A stretch of 64,000 bases of DNA from contig OY829846.1 of the NCBI GenBank assembly GCA_963691875.1, forward strand, positions 1,888,001 through 1,952,000, read 5' to 3'. This DNA is from Aureliella sp. (GTDB taxonomy: Bacteria; Planctomycetota; Planctomycetia; Pirellulales; Pirellulaceae). How positions within the stretch are numbered: the stretch's first letter is position 1; the number at the start of each line of letters is the position of its first letter. Below, in pieces: positions 62,957 through 64,000 of the stretch. The translations under genes and the position numbers were made by a program. The notes beneath the pieces were generated by a model. It worked only from the letters and a program-made list of their open reading frames with translations, was not told the DNA's origin and searched no databases.

Positions 62957-63499
62957 GTGTTCTCTCCGAGCAAACGCACTATTGTAGGCAAAAACGTGAA
63001 AATAGCAGGTGGTGGTGCCGAAGATGCCCTGAATTGCTCGTCGCAGCCTCGTTTCGTCATCCTCCGCCACGAAATGCCTGCTCTAGAGGAGGACGGTTCG
63101 CATTGGGATTTTATGCTCGAATGTGGCGATTCACTCCTGACCTTTCGCTGGGATTGCCTGCCAAGCACCACGGATGGTTCCAGACTGAGTTCATTGACGG
63201 CGACACGAATAGCAGATCATCGCCCGCTATACCTCGATTACGAAGGAGAGATTTCCAATAACCGAGGAAAAGTAATGCGCGTATTGAGTGGACACTTTCT
63301 TTCTGTCTCAGCTAGTGACACCAACGAAGCAAAAAATCTCATGTGTTGTCGTCTGGACTTTTGGTCAGGTGGCCAAAGTAGATCGTCGCATCCCGCAATT
63401 TTTCGGCTTTGGATCCCGCACTGCGAAATTGGGCAGGAGTGTGACATTCAAGTCCTGCACTGGCAGGCTGACGAGAAAATTCGCGAAGTGAATTCCTAG
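62957..63499 (+). CDS. Stand-alone LigD N-terminal 3'-phosphoesterase-like protein (start uncertain)
   Basis: PRFVILRH...SHWDFMLE...ADHRPLYLDYEGEISNNRGKV. Confidence 0.8.
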   Translation: MFSPSKRTIVGKNVKIAGGGAEDALNCSSQPRFVILRHEMPALEEDGSHWDFMLECGDSLLTFRWDCLPSTTDGSRLSSLTATRIADHRPLYLDYEGEISNNRGKVMRVLSGHFLSVSASDTNEAKNLMCCRLDFWSGGQSRSSHPAIFRLWIPHCEIGQECDIQVLHWQADEKIREVNS

Positions 63500-63529
63500 C
63501 CCGTCTCGCCATCCGATCTGCCCCCTGAC

Positions 63530-63850
63530 TCACAAAATTCGGTTACGAAGCCCGTGGGGCACTCGATCCCCTCGAAGAACCGATGTATGTGACTCGGTTT
63601 CAGCTTTCTGAAACTCGCCGACTATCGCCTGACCTAGGCTCAGGCGCTGCCCACGCATACTTGCCTTCTCCACCTCCTTAGGCAAGGTATGTTCGGGCTT
63701 CTTCCGTCTCGCTTGCGCTGAAAAGGTTTTTGCACTTCCGTTCGATTCGCCGGATTGGTGAGCGCGCCTTTGCTGTTCCTTCACGACTCGCAATGCGAGG
63801 CCAGCGATACGCAGCCCGATCCGACGCAATAACTTATCGAAAAATGCCAA
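63530..63850 (-). CDS. Possible basic hypothetical protein
   Basis: TTG-started 106-aa ORF convergent with the LigD-like gene; no motif recognised. Confidence 0.35.
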   Translation of the reverse strand: MAFFDKLLRRIGLRIAGLALRVVKEQQRRAHQSGESNGSAKTFSAQARRKKPEHTLPKEVEKASMRGQRLSLGQAIVGEFQKAETESHTSVLRGDRVPHGLRNRIL

Positions 63851-64000
63851 CTCTCAACGCATCGATCAGAATGGCTTTTACGAGTCAGCAGGGGCCTTGC
63901 TCCAAACGTCAAGCCAATTGCGTGACCTTGCTCTTGGGAATCTGCTTGTCGCCGTACTCGTATGGCTCGGTTTCGCAAAACTCTTTCTATTCGCCGCAAA

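Noticed and set aside
63781..64000. Edge ORFs on the minus strand
   Set aside because: Too short and truncated to decide which frame, if any, is coding

Overview
Chromosomal window from a planctomycete, probably Pirellulaceae-like. This is inferred from DUF1549/DUF1553, DUF1501, DUF1559 and DUF1080 genes, a dockerin-bearing surface protein and a double-length UvrA. About 35 intact CDS mix housekeeping genes (hisF, folK, birA, scpA, uvrA, an RluA-family gene, a cysteine desulfurase family gene) with planctomycete envelope and secreted families. Four decayed genes sit in the large gaps: an HDAC, a response regulator, an FGE-sulfatase domain protein and a possible DUF4166 gene. I saw no rRNA, tRNA, CRISPR array, transposase, integrase or phage gene. 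The best leads are: (i) a histidine kinase and sigma-54 activator facing a prepilin-type DUF1559 gene across a canonical -24/-12 promoter with candidate enhancer sites; (ii) a densely base-paired ~200-nt spacer between a multiheme DUF1549/1553 gene and its DUF1501 partner; (iii) a Kelch/NanM-symporter fusion downstream of a double esterase; (iv) a metzincin, cohesin-like and dockerin surface protein; (v) a motif-degenerate GspE-like protein beside PilT; (vi) a four-ABC UvrA with a duplicated unknown C-terminal domain, head-to-head with a stand-alone LigD phosphoesterase. All family calls come from motif recognition by eye; no database searches were run.
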